Positions 10,781-23,372 of a stretch of 64,000 bases of DNA are shown here, in pieces. Within the stretch, counting starts at the first letter, position 1. Every line of letters starts with the position of its first letter. Made by a program: the position numbers and the translations under genes. Below the pieces are notes generated by a model that was given only the letters and a program-made list of their open reading frames with translations, had not been told where the DNA came from and searched no databases. This DNA comes from Lytechinus pictus. Taxonomy: Eukaryota. The DNA lies in contig NC_087251.1 in NCBI RefSeq assembly GCF_037042905.1, forward strand, positions 31,250,001 through 31,314,000. The letters run 5' to 3'.

Positions 10781-11423
10781 ATGAAGTAGTTCATGTCATA
10801 ACGTAAGAAAAGGGGAAAGTGGGGCATGACATCATCAGTTCACCTATTAAATATTCAAGATGACGTGCATATACATGCAACCGTCTTCACAAATATTGTC
10901 AAACTTTCAAATCTAAAAACTTTGTTATAATTTCTTACTAGATTTTGATGAAATTTTCAGCATTTTGCTTGGTGAATTTTACTATATTTATTAACTATTT
11001 AGAAATAATTATCCCGGGGGGGATGGGGGGATATATCCCCCCCACTTTTCGAGGAGGGGGGGATGGCCTGTACAAACATCCCCCTCACTTTTTACGAAAG
11101 AAATGAAAAAAAAATCACAAGAGATAATTGTTTTATTGGTGAAAAATCCTTCCTAAAATACCGCTTAACAAATAAAACAATATTATTGAATTATAAAATG
11201 CAAATAAAGAGCCAGTTCACCATTTCCAAACGAAATACTTATGTCCTTATTATATCATTGAAGAGAAACCCCCGTTTCTTCCAATTCATCAATGTTGGGG
11301 TCTTTGGGAAGGGATTAAGATGGAATGTCAAATTTTTTTAAATGTAATCTCTAATAAAACCATTAAACCATCATGGGGTAAAAAAGATAATAATATTGGA
11401 GGGGTATTTGCCATATGGACATA

Positions 11424-12359
11424 CAGTGGCGTAACTACGGGGGGCATGGGGGGCACATCCCCCCCATCGGCTGACAAAAAAAAAAAAACGGGGAAAGGGG
11501 AAAAGGAGAAAAGAGGGAGAAAGGAAGAGAAACGTAGTGGGAAAGAAGAAAAGATTATTTATTATAATGTTATATATTATAATTATGTTATGTTACATTA
11601 CATAAGAAACATATTTATCATAACTTTATGAAACATAATTTGCCCAGGGCCTACGTCGTCATTGTTCCTGGTGCTCGCATTGTCTGTTTAACGTGATATA
11701 TATTCCTGTTGTACTAAAACATCCCGTTTTCAAGTCAATATAAACCAAATATATTTCCTAGCACTTGAGTTATCATTGTTTTATGTAGTGACATATATGC
11801 TTCTTTTTCACGACTCAAAAAGTGATTGCCCCATGTTAAGGTCTTCGTATATATATGAAACATTTCCTGTCCGTGATTACGTTCGCATTAGTGGATTGGT
11901 GAGATATGTCTGCTTTTCATTAAAATTCCTAAAATCAGTCCTTAAAATGTCCCTTCTGATCTGAATATCAAAAAATTTTAGCTCGCGCTTCACGCTCACA
12001 TCATTTGGTTAATGAAATACGTATGGTCCTAGTTAATTCTTACAAAAAAAACCTTAGAATGCCCCACTTCAGGTCTGAATTATCTAAATTTTCAGCTCGC
12101 GCTTCGCGCTCGCATTGTTTAGCGAGACAGATACCTATCATGATTACACAAATTTGATTATAATGTCCCTTTTTAGGTGTGAATATAAAAAAATTTCAGC
12201 TCGTCAGTGAGATACATATCAGTTTAATGACATTGTCCTTAAAATATCTCTATTAGGTCAGTATAACTGGCAACTGAGCGCGCTCACTAGCGCACTCACT
12301 CAGTGATTCCAAATTTTTGCTGGTGCCCCCCCCATGCCGTGACCCACGGTACGCCACTG
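11424..12359 (+). mobile_element. hAT-like non-autonomous element (CAGTGGCGTA family), copy 1, 936 bp
   Basis: TIR CAGTGGCGTA/TACGCCACTG, perfect 8-bp TSD TGGACATA, nested in an older related element (about 11010-12470). Confidence 0.93.
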
Positions 12360-12962
12360 TGGACATATCAATGGCAATTCCTTGCATATCTAAAAACATG
12401 ATTGCAAAAAAAAATGCCAAAATATTTCAGTCATCCCCCCCCCCACCCATCAACACGGATTTACGCCAGTGGTGTTAACATACTGTAAAGTTATAGTTTC
12501 ATGAGCTAATTTTAATGCCTTGAATTGTATGTCCATGGAGAGTAATATCATAGAATGACAATCTTATCTCATGTTTGGAAACAATATCCAATCCACTAGA
12601 TTCATCCAATTGTGAATTTTACAATACTTTCTGGTGAGAATAGATATTCTTTCTCAGAATCTATATTTGTTAAACCCATCAAGTGTCAATCAATTTGTTG
12701 TTGGCTCCTCTTTTTCAGTAAATATAAAAGCTAGTTGATCTATATATACATATTCCGTCTTTGACTTGAGTTTTGCAATTATATGCACACAAAGCCATGT
12801 AGTGATACCATCACTAATATGTTATGGATTTAATCTACAACATTGCGGTTGATGACCCAAATTACAATACAAGAACTTCTATACAAAGTACATACATACA
12901 TGTATGAAGATTGGTGCTGGGAAATTTCTTTATCCCTTTTTTATCACGATTTTATTGTTAAA

Positions 12963-14139
12963 AACAAGTGGAACGCCTCTGGCAGTCTCGCCTGCATTAC
13001 GCAATTTAATATAGCAGCAGTGCTAACTTTGAAAACTACTATAAAATAATCATTCACAAAAACACCATTCATATAATGACATAATACCACGTTCATTGAC
13101 CATAAATGACATTTGAACGGAGACTTAAGACTGTCAACTACACCCATGTCCACATTTCATTCACTCTATCCATAAACTTTCAAAGTTATGATGGCACTTC
13201 AACAATTACCCCAACATGGCCTAAGTTTATTGACCTTAACTGACCTTTGACTTGGTTTTGTGACCTGAAACTCACAGGGGATGTTCAGTGATGCTTGATT
13301 ACTCTTATATCCCAAGTTTTATGAACTAGATCCATAAACTTTCAGAGTTAGGACGGTAATTCAACAAATACCCCCAACACGGCCAAAGTTAATTGACCTT
13401 TAATGACCTTTGACCATGGTCATGTGACCTGAAACTCGCACAGAATATTCAGTGGTACTTGATTAACCTAATGTCCAAGTTTCATGAACTAAATCCATAA
13501 ATTTTCAAAGTTATGATGGTAATTCAACAAATACCCCCAACTTGGCCAAAGTTCATTGACCCTAAATGACCTTTGACCTTGGTCATATGACCTGAAACTC
13601 AGGCAGGATGTTCACTAATACTTGATTAACCTTATGTCCAAGTTTCATGGACTAGATCCATAAATTTTCAAAGTTATGATAGTAATTCAACAAATACCCC
13701 CAACTTGACCAAAGTTCATTGACCCTAAATGACCTTTGACCTTGGTCATGTGACCTGAAACTCAGGCAGGATGTTCAGTAATACTTGATTAACCTTATGC
13801 ACAAGTTTCATGAACTAGGTCCATATACTTTCTAAGTTATGATGTCATTTCAAAATCTTAACCTTCGGTTAAGATTTTGAAAATAATTTTCCCAACATGG
13901 TCTAAGTTCATTGACCCTAAATGACCTTTGACCTTGGTCATGTGACCTGAAACTCAGGCAGGATGTTCAGTAATACTTGATTAACATTATGTCCAAGTTT
14001 CATGAACTAGGTCCATATACTTTCTAAGTTATGATGTCATTTCAAAACCTTAACCTTAGGTTAAGATTTGATGTTGACGCCGCCGCCGCCGTCGGAAAAG
14101 CGGCGCCTATAGTCTCGCTCTGCTATGCAGGCGAGACAA
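12963..14139 (-). mobile_element. Helentron-associated (HINE/DINE-1-like) non-autonomous element, copy 1
   Basis: Subterminal IRs GTCTCGCCTGCAT/ATGCAGGCGAGAC, extra internal IR, (GCC)n microsatellite, about five 163-bp core repeats, A/T-run insertion site without a clear TSD. Confidence 0.8.
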
Positions 14140-14427
14140 TACATGGCAGTCGGCAGAACATACATTTTCAAAAACATACAGAATATTATCTTTTATAAAT
14201 AGCAAAAAAAAAATTGTATCTTGGGTCTATTCTTTGAAAATTATATCTATATCAGGGCCTCTTGCAAACTTAATTTTGCAATCCAATGGTAACTTCCCTG
14301 AAATCCTTGATTCTGATTGATTGATTGATTAGTATTGTTACCATGGTATACCATTGAATGGCTAAACTTACTATGATAGTAACTTTTATTGAAACGGGAC
14401 CCTGAATTCAATAGGATTCATACTAAC

Positions 14428-14506
14428 CTGCCAGTCGACCCAAACCACCGTTTCCAAGACCAGCATCCTCCTCCAGCTCTTCCAACTCCTCAATATTCAG
14501 ACCAAG
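14428..14506 (-). CDS. PYG: Glycogen phosphorylase exon 3 (LGLNIEELEELEEDAGLGNGGLGRLA)
   Basis: tag acceptor, G|GTTAGT donor, 79 nt, EDAGLGNGGLGRLAA signature. Not in the ORF track; read manually. Confidence 0.97.
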
Positions 14507-15332
14507 CTATTACATAAGAAAGAACAAATGAAAAAATGATGAAATTAAAAATAATTTATTCATTTAAAAGTTAACTGTGAATAATAGATGCATAACTGAC
14601 TGACTTCATACAAAGGTAAGTTTATTCACGACAGGATGGCCAATGACAGTTGAGATGGCATTTCCGATGGGGTCCTTCAAATAAACATAAAAATTAAGAG
14701 TTAATACTGAAATGGATTGAAATGAAATCAACCATTTTTGGTGACTTAATTCTGATACTGCTGTATTAAAAGGATAGGAAGAATAACACATTATGTAAAA
14801 ATAAAAATGAAAATGAAATAGCATAATAATTTTTTTTATTCTTTACAGTTTTGTACATTATACAAGAAATTCATAAGAGTCTTTCAAATACTACAGGCAA
14901 TTTTTCTTGGGATTAATTTTAAAGATTTTTTTCATAGCTGACTGACTACAATCAGAGAGCTTTTCATTATGTTTATTCTTTTCCCTGCTTTATTAAAGTA
15001 CATACATGTATATGACTATATCTCATATATAATGAAAAGAAATTTAAGTCCATGGTTTCCAACATTATCCAATCATATACAAGGAAACATGAAATGTAAA
15101 GAATATAAAAGGCATGTTATGTTTATTCATATTTTCGTATCATATTTCCAGATTGATCAGCATGCTCTTTTTTTCCAACATGGAAGTACAAAATGTAAAT
15201 GTACAGTACAGTCACAATTGGAAATGTAGATGTCCGATAATAGATCTGTCTCAAATGTAATGTCATCTACATACACATATCAAACCCACTAAAAATGCAT
15301 GCACTCATACTGTATGAAATCTGAATACTTAA

Positions 15333-15538
15333 AGGTAAAGTCCACCCCAGTCTCCTCATTTGCATAAAAACAGGATGTGCATATATACACTATAACTGTT
15401 TTGTGAAATTAAGCATAACTTTACATGTCCTAACTTTCTATATTTTACATCAAATTTTGATGAAATTTTCAGTGTTACGCTTGTTGGGTTTTTCTCTTTT
15501 TATTCAAATCAACTATTTGTTGGGGTGGACTTGTCCTT
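15333..15538. mobile_element. Internally deleted TTAA-flanked MITE (Kolobok-like AGG termini)
   Basis: TTAA|AGGTAAAGTCCACCCC ... GGGGTGGACTTGTCCT|TTAA. A 5' fragment of the family is at about 40381. Confidence 0.7.
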
Positions 15539-18282
15539 TAAAGAAGTACACTGGTGTTCATTCAGACTTTGCACTAACCTCAGACAAGACAAAGCACAAG
15601 AAAGGAAAATAAGTTGGTGTACGATCAAACAAAAATGGGAAAGCAAATGTTGACTGACTACAATCACTTAGCTAGTGATTGTCTACATGTATATTTCATC
15701 TTTTTCTATCAAAACACCAATGTCAAAGTACCCACATGTAGAATGAAAAATAAATGTTACAAGGGGCTCGTTTGTGCATGAGCTTTTGCCAATTGGGTGC
15801 AACTGCAATCATCCCTAGACATTCCATGCACTTTCCTGCAATTATGTTAGAACATCCCATTTATCCCTGTAAATTGTCTTTGAAGTATTTTACAGGGCAA
15901 TTAGTAGGTACAAAAATGAATCTCAATACTGCAAACTACATTTTCAATTGAATTTTAAGATTGTCAATTAACATAAATCTTGTAGAGAAATTTCTCCTTA
16001 ATACCAGAGCTATACCTGCGAAAAATGTGAATGCACACATATCCTGAATAAATGACAGAAAATGAGGACATACATGTATTTATTTATTTATACAATTGAT
16101 GTCAACAGCCTGGAAGACTTCATCAATTAATGAATATAAGAAGTCACCCGCCAGGCCTTGATCCTGTTGAAATCATACAGGGTATAGTATATCACGTTGA
16201 TAATAAGCAAGAACGACCGGACGCACACTCGCACAGTCACATTTTAAATGATGGTATTCAGGGCATGAACCTGCTATTACAGGCATGTACATGTACTGTA
16301 GCTACGTGCAAGGATGGCAAAGGAGCTTCAAACTTGGTACATGTGTATACTGTAGCCAAGGTGCATCAAACACAGACACACAAGGAAGCGGGATAAAGAG
16401 TTCTGACTTCTGAGTTTAGCAAGGGAATGCTTCAAGGAGATTAAAATTGATGCGATTGAGAATGAGACTGCATGGGTCACCAGGGAATGAGCATTAAATT
16501 ATCAGGTGAATTCTGAACAAAGATCAACCTTTCTGTTTTTGTCATAACTCACAAGCAGATCTATACAAAATAAAGATACAGTCAGAAGAAAGACTAAGAG
16601 ATCATGGTATCGCCATCAATCAAGCTTCGTTATTTTTCTGATTAATGGTATAATTTCAAATCAACTGATATCTCATTGGCTCAATGGAAACCAAAACCCA
16701 ATTAGAGTATCAACCCCAGGAAAGAGTAGAATACTGTAAGGGTGTGTTCAATTTAAATTTTAAATTTCAACAGCAACATAAATCGTGATTGGAAATGCAA
16801 TTACAAATCAAAGAAAACACAAGCATGATCAGGGGTGCACTGTTCAGTTTCGAAAATTATAAAGCTGATATGTCGGTTATACCCTCTCGTTAATGCAGCT
16901 TACTGCGGAGTTTGACCCATCACAAGAAAGGCCAATTCCAGCACATGCTCTTGTAGGCTTCCACTGCGAGAGCAAATAAGACGTTTCAACAAGACTCAAT
17001 CGCATTCAGCATTGCATTCCCGATGCTGAAGGTTGTAAAATTTGGGCTGATTGCATTTCCACATGTATGTTTTTCGGCGTTAAAACTTTCCTATGAATTG
17101 TGATCTGAAAGACGTTTAAAGACCAGGAATGGGGGACACAGAACACACCCTTTTGTTTCTGATTGTGTATATCCATGATGAAGCAATTGTCATGGGAAAA
17201 CATAATTCACACCACATATGTTGATGTCAGGCAAAAATAATCAGAATTATGTAAAATTAAGAAAGAAATCTGAAAATTTGTGTACAAAATAAATGGAGAA
17301 TTGTCCACGAAATCAACTACTTTGAAGTATGTTTGCCAATTTGGGATCCCCATGCATGATGCAAATTGCAAAGGCTTTTTAAACAACCAAAACTCTATTT
17401 TATCTTATAACCGATTTAGATGAAACATGTTGTCAATTGAGTAAGTCATTTAAACTTGGTTTTCTTTAAACTACATGAGTAAGAATGCATGTGAGCATAA
17501 TCAAATCAAAGTCAAACTTTAGTATTCATGCATATTCACATGCACTTTGTTCAAATAAACTTTTCTCCCGGGTGGACTTGACATTAAATCAATTTATGTA
17601 CTTTACAATGAAAGAATAACATTAAGAACTTTGAAAGAGTCATGTGAATTAAGAAGTATACAAGCTAGCATAGTTATACATCATCACATCTCCATCAACT
17701 GGTGACACCCAGTAATAAATGCAGTGGGTAAAAGGGCATGCAGGTGGATGAGGGTAACTAAATCTCCAAGGCAGTGGAAAGGGTCCACTCTACTCGTGAA
17801 GGACAGCTCACTTGAGCTGATCCAAGGGAACACTAAAGGCTTGTATTGAGTTGTTTTCCTTTCAATCAAGAAAGGTTCACCATGATTCGGTCAGCTCTTG
17901 AAATCTTCGGTGAGAAACAAGCCTTGGATAATATTAGGCCATGTACATACATGTACTAGATAACACATATCAAATCAGTTACATCTTTTTATCTCTGTCA
18001 CACTTGGGAAATGGAGGTTGCTTCAATAGAAAAATTAACATGAATATGTGATTTAATTAATTGAAAAAACAAGGTTTTCATAAAATCTTAAAATGCACTT
18101 TTCTTCTTTTGACAGGTTGCATATGGATTCATATATTTCAGCACTTGACTGATCATGTCTGTTCTATGAATCAGGACATTTAAGACCTCATTTGTCTTGC
18201 CAATACTTAGACCTTTGCTGTATTCTATCTGGCAATAACAATGTTTTATTAAACAGACGGCTATAAAGCTAGGTAAACTCAC

Positions 18283-18384
18283 CTGGTAAAGTGCCTCATC
18301 ACATTGGCCCTGTATACCAAGATTGACCATGGTATTGGTCAAGGTACGTCCAATATAGTATTCCAATGAGAGGTAGTACACACG
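18283..18384 (-). CDS. PYG: Glycogen phosphorylase exon 2 ([34 protein letters not shown])
   Basis: tttcag acceptor, CAG|GTGAG donor, 102 nt, phase 0/0, YLSLE motif. Confidence 0.97.
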
Positions 18385-19219
18385 CTGAAAAGAGAAGGAA
18401 AAACTTGCTTTTTAGTATTAAGGCCTTTATTTGTACAACGAACAAAATTGACATTTTCATGAATTATAAATATATGTACACAGTTAATCATAGAGTATTT
18501 TACATTATTTTCTCAACGTTGTCTACATGTACATGACAATAGCAAAGCCACAATATGTTGTATTAATACTTTTAATCCCAACTGAGATTAATAAATATGG
18601 AGAGAATGATCTAATAGAATGTGGCCAATATTCTCAAAAGATTATTGTACCATGGTACAAAACCATGGATTATGCAGATTTTTTGTATTATTGTACTTCC
18701 CTTTAAGCGCCCTCTGCATTTAATTGGATTTTTATTTTTGTCCGCGATGAAATTCAAGTTTAATTATATACAAAATCTGCACAGTCCATAGTTTTTTTAA
18801 AAACCTCTTTGGAGAATACACGCCTGTACTTGTATGTTTTAAATCATCATTTAAAATAAAAGCCTATAAGATTAGCAGCAACCTGAATGGTAAAGTAATA
18901 AGCAAACCCCTTCATTATTATCACATACATGTATACCGGTAATATCACTCAATTTTTAACTTTTGTCAACTAAAGCAGAAATTGCACTGTGTTCTTACAG
19001 AAAGGCATCTATGTAACTGTTCAGTTGAAAAGTTGGGTACAATATGTAAATTAATGATTAAAGTATTCTTCAGAAAACTTTTTGCTTTTTTAAATGTATC
19101 ATCTCTTTATTATAGGCCTATTGATTGATATTCACAATACAGATTACAACTATCACGCTCATTCTAATAAATTGGTTCCATGATGTTGGTTCCAGCGACA
19201 ATTGATGCGATGGAAAACA

Positions 19220-19799
19220 GGGAATGAAACCTTTGGAAAAAGTGGGCTTGTGTGAAACGGAAAATTCAAAGAATATAAAGAGAAAAGAAAGTTTGAGAAA
19301 AATTGGACAAATAATGAAAAAGATATGAGCTCTTATATATTGCGTTCACTAATGCTACACGTATGGATATCCTCCCATTAGCAATGCGACCAATATGTGT
19401 GATGTCACATATGAACAACTTTCCCTTTGATGGACAATAAAATACCCCAAAAATGTCTCTTTTTGCTTTCTTATAGTGATACAAATTCTTCATGGATATT
19501 GTATTCCTTGAAAATCTGTATTACATGCCCTCCTATAGGAAGAATACATGATCTACTGATAAATGTGATAAAAGAGGCGGTTTAAGTGAAATATATACAA
19601 AAGTAATGGGAAAGTTGTTCAAATGTGACGTCACACACCTTGGTCGCATTCCCAATACATGTAGTAGGATTTACATTACAATATAATGATCTAAACTTCA
19701 AATGCTCATAACCTTTCTTATCATTTATTCAATTTTCTAAAACTTTCGTTAATCTGTTTCTGTTTTCGTACGAGCTAACTTATTCCAATTTTCCTTTAA
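19220..19799 (-). mobile_element. Degenerate copy of the 63025-63608 TTAA MITE, opposite orientation
   Basis: Central region is the reverse complement of about 63230-63420; long eroded TIRs. Confidence 0.8.
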
Positions 19800-21213
19800 G
19801 GCAAACATACAGTTCAACTCCAAAACTAAATAAACCCCAATCCTTATCTTGACATCATTCTGAACCAAAAACTCTATTTTAATTCTAAACCCTTTATCTC
19901 CTGACATATCAAGACCGGAGCAATTGTCACAAGAGTAAATGTTGTGTCACCCAATGTTAATGACAGTATTGGATCAGTCTATGGGGGCATTAGCATCACC
20001 ACTGTGAAACATGTAGGCGTGAGCCCGGGGCGTGAGGACATGCACACAATCTTCATTATGTATAATGCATCGCGCGCCCTCAGGCCCATTATTCAACAAT
20101 ACACACAGGTCTCTCTTCAAATAACAGATTGCTTTCTCGATGAACAATTGGACAAGTAGAATCAGTATCACCGTACATACACCTAAATACAGACAAGTAT
20201 TAAAATATGAAGGGCAAAGTTAACTGGTCAGTAATTATCTTGTCTTTCTGTTGATGCCCACAATCAAAGGGTTGATTATTCATAGGCTAATAAATAAATT
20301 CATGATGTCAACAAATAAAATTTGTTTACATCATACATTGAACACAAATAAAAACACTCATGCACGACTTGAATTAGGCTACAGATCTGCCATTTGTAAT
20401 TTGGGAGCTTGCACGTACAGTGTAGTCTCACAGAATGAACTGTGATTATGAATGCATCCACCTTGTTCTGATGGTATACACACATGTGATGTATCCTCCT
20501 GCATCAATGCCATCCACCGTAACACCATGATGCTAGGCAAGAGAAATGCAACCCCATATGCTGCTTGGCCGACCCACATGGCGCACTAAACAAATTTGTT
20601 GAAGATGGTTAATATGAAATATCAGTATGAAGATGGAATTTCTCTTAATCCTGGTACAATAAACTTAGAGGGATGTTTGATCAACGAGAGTAATAGGTTT
20701 AAATTTATTACACCCCTACTGACCCCAGGGTCTGTCCAATCATGGACCTACTAGTCCATGGTCCAATTCAGAAAGAGTATAGTAATATTTGAATGAGATA
20801 AGAGGCCTTACAAAATGAGTGTATGAAAGCATTAATAGGTCCTAAATGAAATTCTACATCCAATCAAATAAGGTAAACTGCATGTCAAAGGGGGGGGGGT
20901 TATCCACATTAAAAGCAAGAGATGATTAAATGCTTTTGAGTGAATCCTCCAATTTCAACAGATCTCAATTTACATACAGTGTAGGCCTATGTATGTTTAT
21001 TTTTAATATTTTTAAATCACTTTTTAGATAAAAATAAATAAGAGTAATCCAGCATGTTCATACACTATTTGTCTAGTCTCTGTTATATATGTATACCAAA
21101 ATGTAAACTACAGTGTATGCAAAGATATTGTATTACTTGTCTGTTACATGGATATGAAATTGAATAATTTATGCTAAGTATAGGATAAGAAAATACAGCT
21201 TACAAGAAAAATA

Positions 21214-21631
21214 GACCCTGTTCTCATTATGCTTTCTAAAACTAGTTTACTGGAAAACGGTTCAGGAACCAGTTTGGACGATCGCTTTTCTAGCGTTCCC
21301 ATTTGTGGTTTTCAATTCACGTAAAGCAATCTTGTTGCTATGGGAATGCCCTCAGTGGGGTGACATGTTTTGCACGAAATTAGAAACCGCAGCGTAGGCA
21401 TTCTACACACAGTGTGTGGAGTAGCGCGCTCAAAATGTGCAAAGATCGCTTCCCGAAGAACGGTTGTGTCCTCACTTACGCTAAAACCAGTTTAACGAGG
21501 CTTAACGATCTTAAAAACTACATCGCGAGGTGGTTTTATGAACCGGTTTGGAAGATCGCTTCGACCGTTCTCATTACACATTAAACTAGTTTCCACTAAA
21601 CTAGTTTTAGAAAGGTAGTGAGAACGGTGTC
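21214..21631. mobile_element. MITE with 3-bp ATA TSD (PIF/Harbinger-like)
   Basis: ATA|GACCCTGTTCTCATTATGCTTTCTAAAACTAGTTTA ... TAAACTAGTTTTAGAAAGGTAGTGAGAACGGTGTC|ATA. Confidence 0.8.
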
Positions 21632-22561
21632 ATAAACAGTCAGTCTGCAGTTCCTACTCCCTCTGCCATATAATGAGCAAATGAGCAAGATTTATCCAAG
21701 TCCTCTCATGGCTGAATTCATATCCCTGCAAAATCTTGTGAATTCAAAGTGAGACTTTAACCACTTTCTCCTCAAGTAAAATTGATTATTTTGATACCAT
21801 ACATGTGTAGTAAAGAGTAAATGCTACTCTTTTATATTGGTAATTTCTTTTGAATAAAATATTTTGATAAATAAGCGAATTTCAGGCCTGAAAAGATGCC
21901 TTTTCTTTCTTTAATTTCTCTTGCAAATTGTGTTAAACTTTTTGATTTGGGCACAAATGCTATCTATATCATCAGAAAGCTCAAACTCTAATTTCTCTTG
22001 CAAATTGTGTAAAACTTTTTGTTTTGGGCACAAATACTATTTATATCATCAGAAAGCTCAAACTCAATACTTTCTTACAATGTCACTCTTGATATCTGGC
22101 ACCTTTTAGATGGGTCAGCAGCCAACTTTTCCCATCAAGAAACAAGATAAGATTTTTGAAAATTCTGAGTAGCAAGTAATCCAAAGTTCTGATTGGCTGG
22201 ATAATGTTTCAGAACAACAGCCGCAGGTAATTTGAAGAGATTACCACATGGTGATCATTTCAATCATCATTTCGAATATGAATATCACTTGGATTAAAGA
22301 AGCTACTTTTTGTGGACCTGCCGACTGACTGATAAAATTTAAATCTGTCAAAGCAAAATCCACTGTGATGTGAAGTTGGTTTTGTGACAGTTTGGCAAAA
22401 TTCCACCAAAGAGTGTCATGTACATGTTCATGTGCATTAATGTATTTAAAAAAAAATTATATCAAATGTGAGCAGCACCCCATTTGTCATGATAAAAAAA
22501 GTTCACATTATTTTACATGTATTTCAAGGTTTAAGATTAATATAAGTCATATTCCATAAGC

Positions 22562-22860
22562 AATAATAATAATAATGATACCAACATGCTTTAAATATAC
22601 AGCGCATATCACTGCCAAATGTGTCCCTATGCACTTTAATAATAAGATATTATTACCCTGGCTTTAGCCCCGCAGCCTTTTATAGCGCGGTGGCATTTCA
22701 AGAAATAAATTCCTGCCAGGTACCCATTTACCTCGCCTGGGTCGAGTGCAGCTCAATGTGGATAAATTTCTTGCCGAAGAAAATTACGCCATGGCTGGTA
22801 TTCGAAACCACGACCCTCTGTTTCAAAGTCCGAATACTAATCCACTGGCCACAACGCTCC
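22562..22860 (-). mobile_element. tRNA-derived SINE
   Basis: Minus strand: GGAGCGTTGTGGCCAGTGG A box, GGTTTCGAATACC B-box-like motif, CACTCGACCCAGG...AATGGGTACC core, LINE-like tail ending in (ATT)n. A tail fragment also occurs at about 62715-62755. Confidence 0.85.
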
Positions 22861-23372
22861 ACATAGCAATATCATTATTAATCATCAAAATAACAAATTT
22901 GTGGAGTTTATAGTAGCACACAACATTGACATGGTATATAGAAGAGTAAGCATAAAAAATCCAAACTTTGACAATTTATAACTAGTTTTTTTTTAAAGAC
23001 TTTTTTAGAGTGGACTTTCGTCAATTTTTTTTTCAATTTCGATTAAATGTAGGCCTACATGTAATGTCAGGATTAATTACCCTTTAAAGTCAACCACAAG
23101 ATTATGACAGTGGTTTAAATTAAAAGTAGAGAACTCCACCCTAAAGTTGATATATGAATAAAGGACAATTAAAAAAGAGCATAGTTCACCAAAAATTTCG
23201 TCAAAATCAAATGTATAATACGGGTATATATATATTTTCATTTATATCTACACACATACACATGTAATTACTATGCACATCCTGGATCCATGTTTCATAC
23301 TTGTAGTACTGTAATGGTATCATTACATATACAGCAACTTTCATGGTAAGAGTGCTCAGCAGTACTTACATG

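Noticed and set aside
13150..14060. Regularly spaced repeats resembling a CRISPR array (also 50250-51200 and the GCGAAGC arrays)
   Set aside because: The intervening sequences are themselves repeated rather than unique spacers, there are no cas genes, and the context is eukaryotic transposons.
16100..17950. Possible nested gene or alternative exon in intron 2
   Set aside because: Slightly GC-richer unique DNA, but I found no phase-compatible exon or recognisable protein. It could be regulatory, but this is unsupported.
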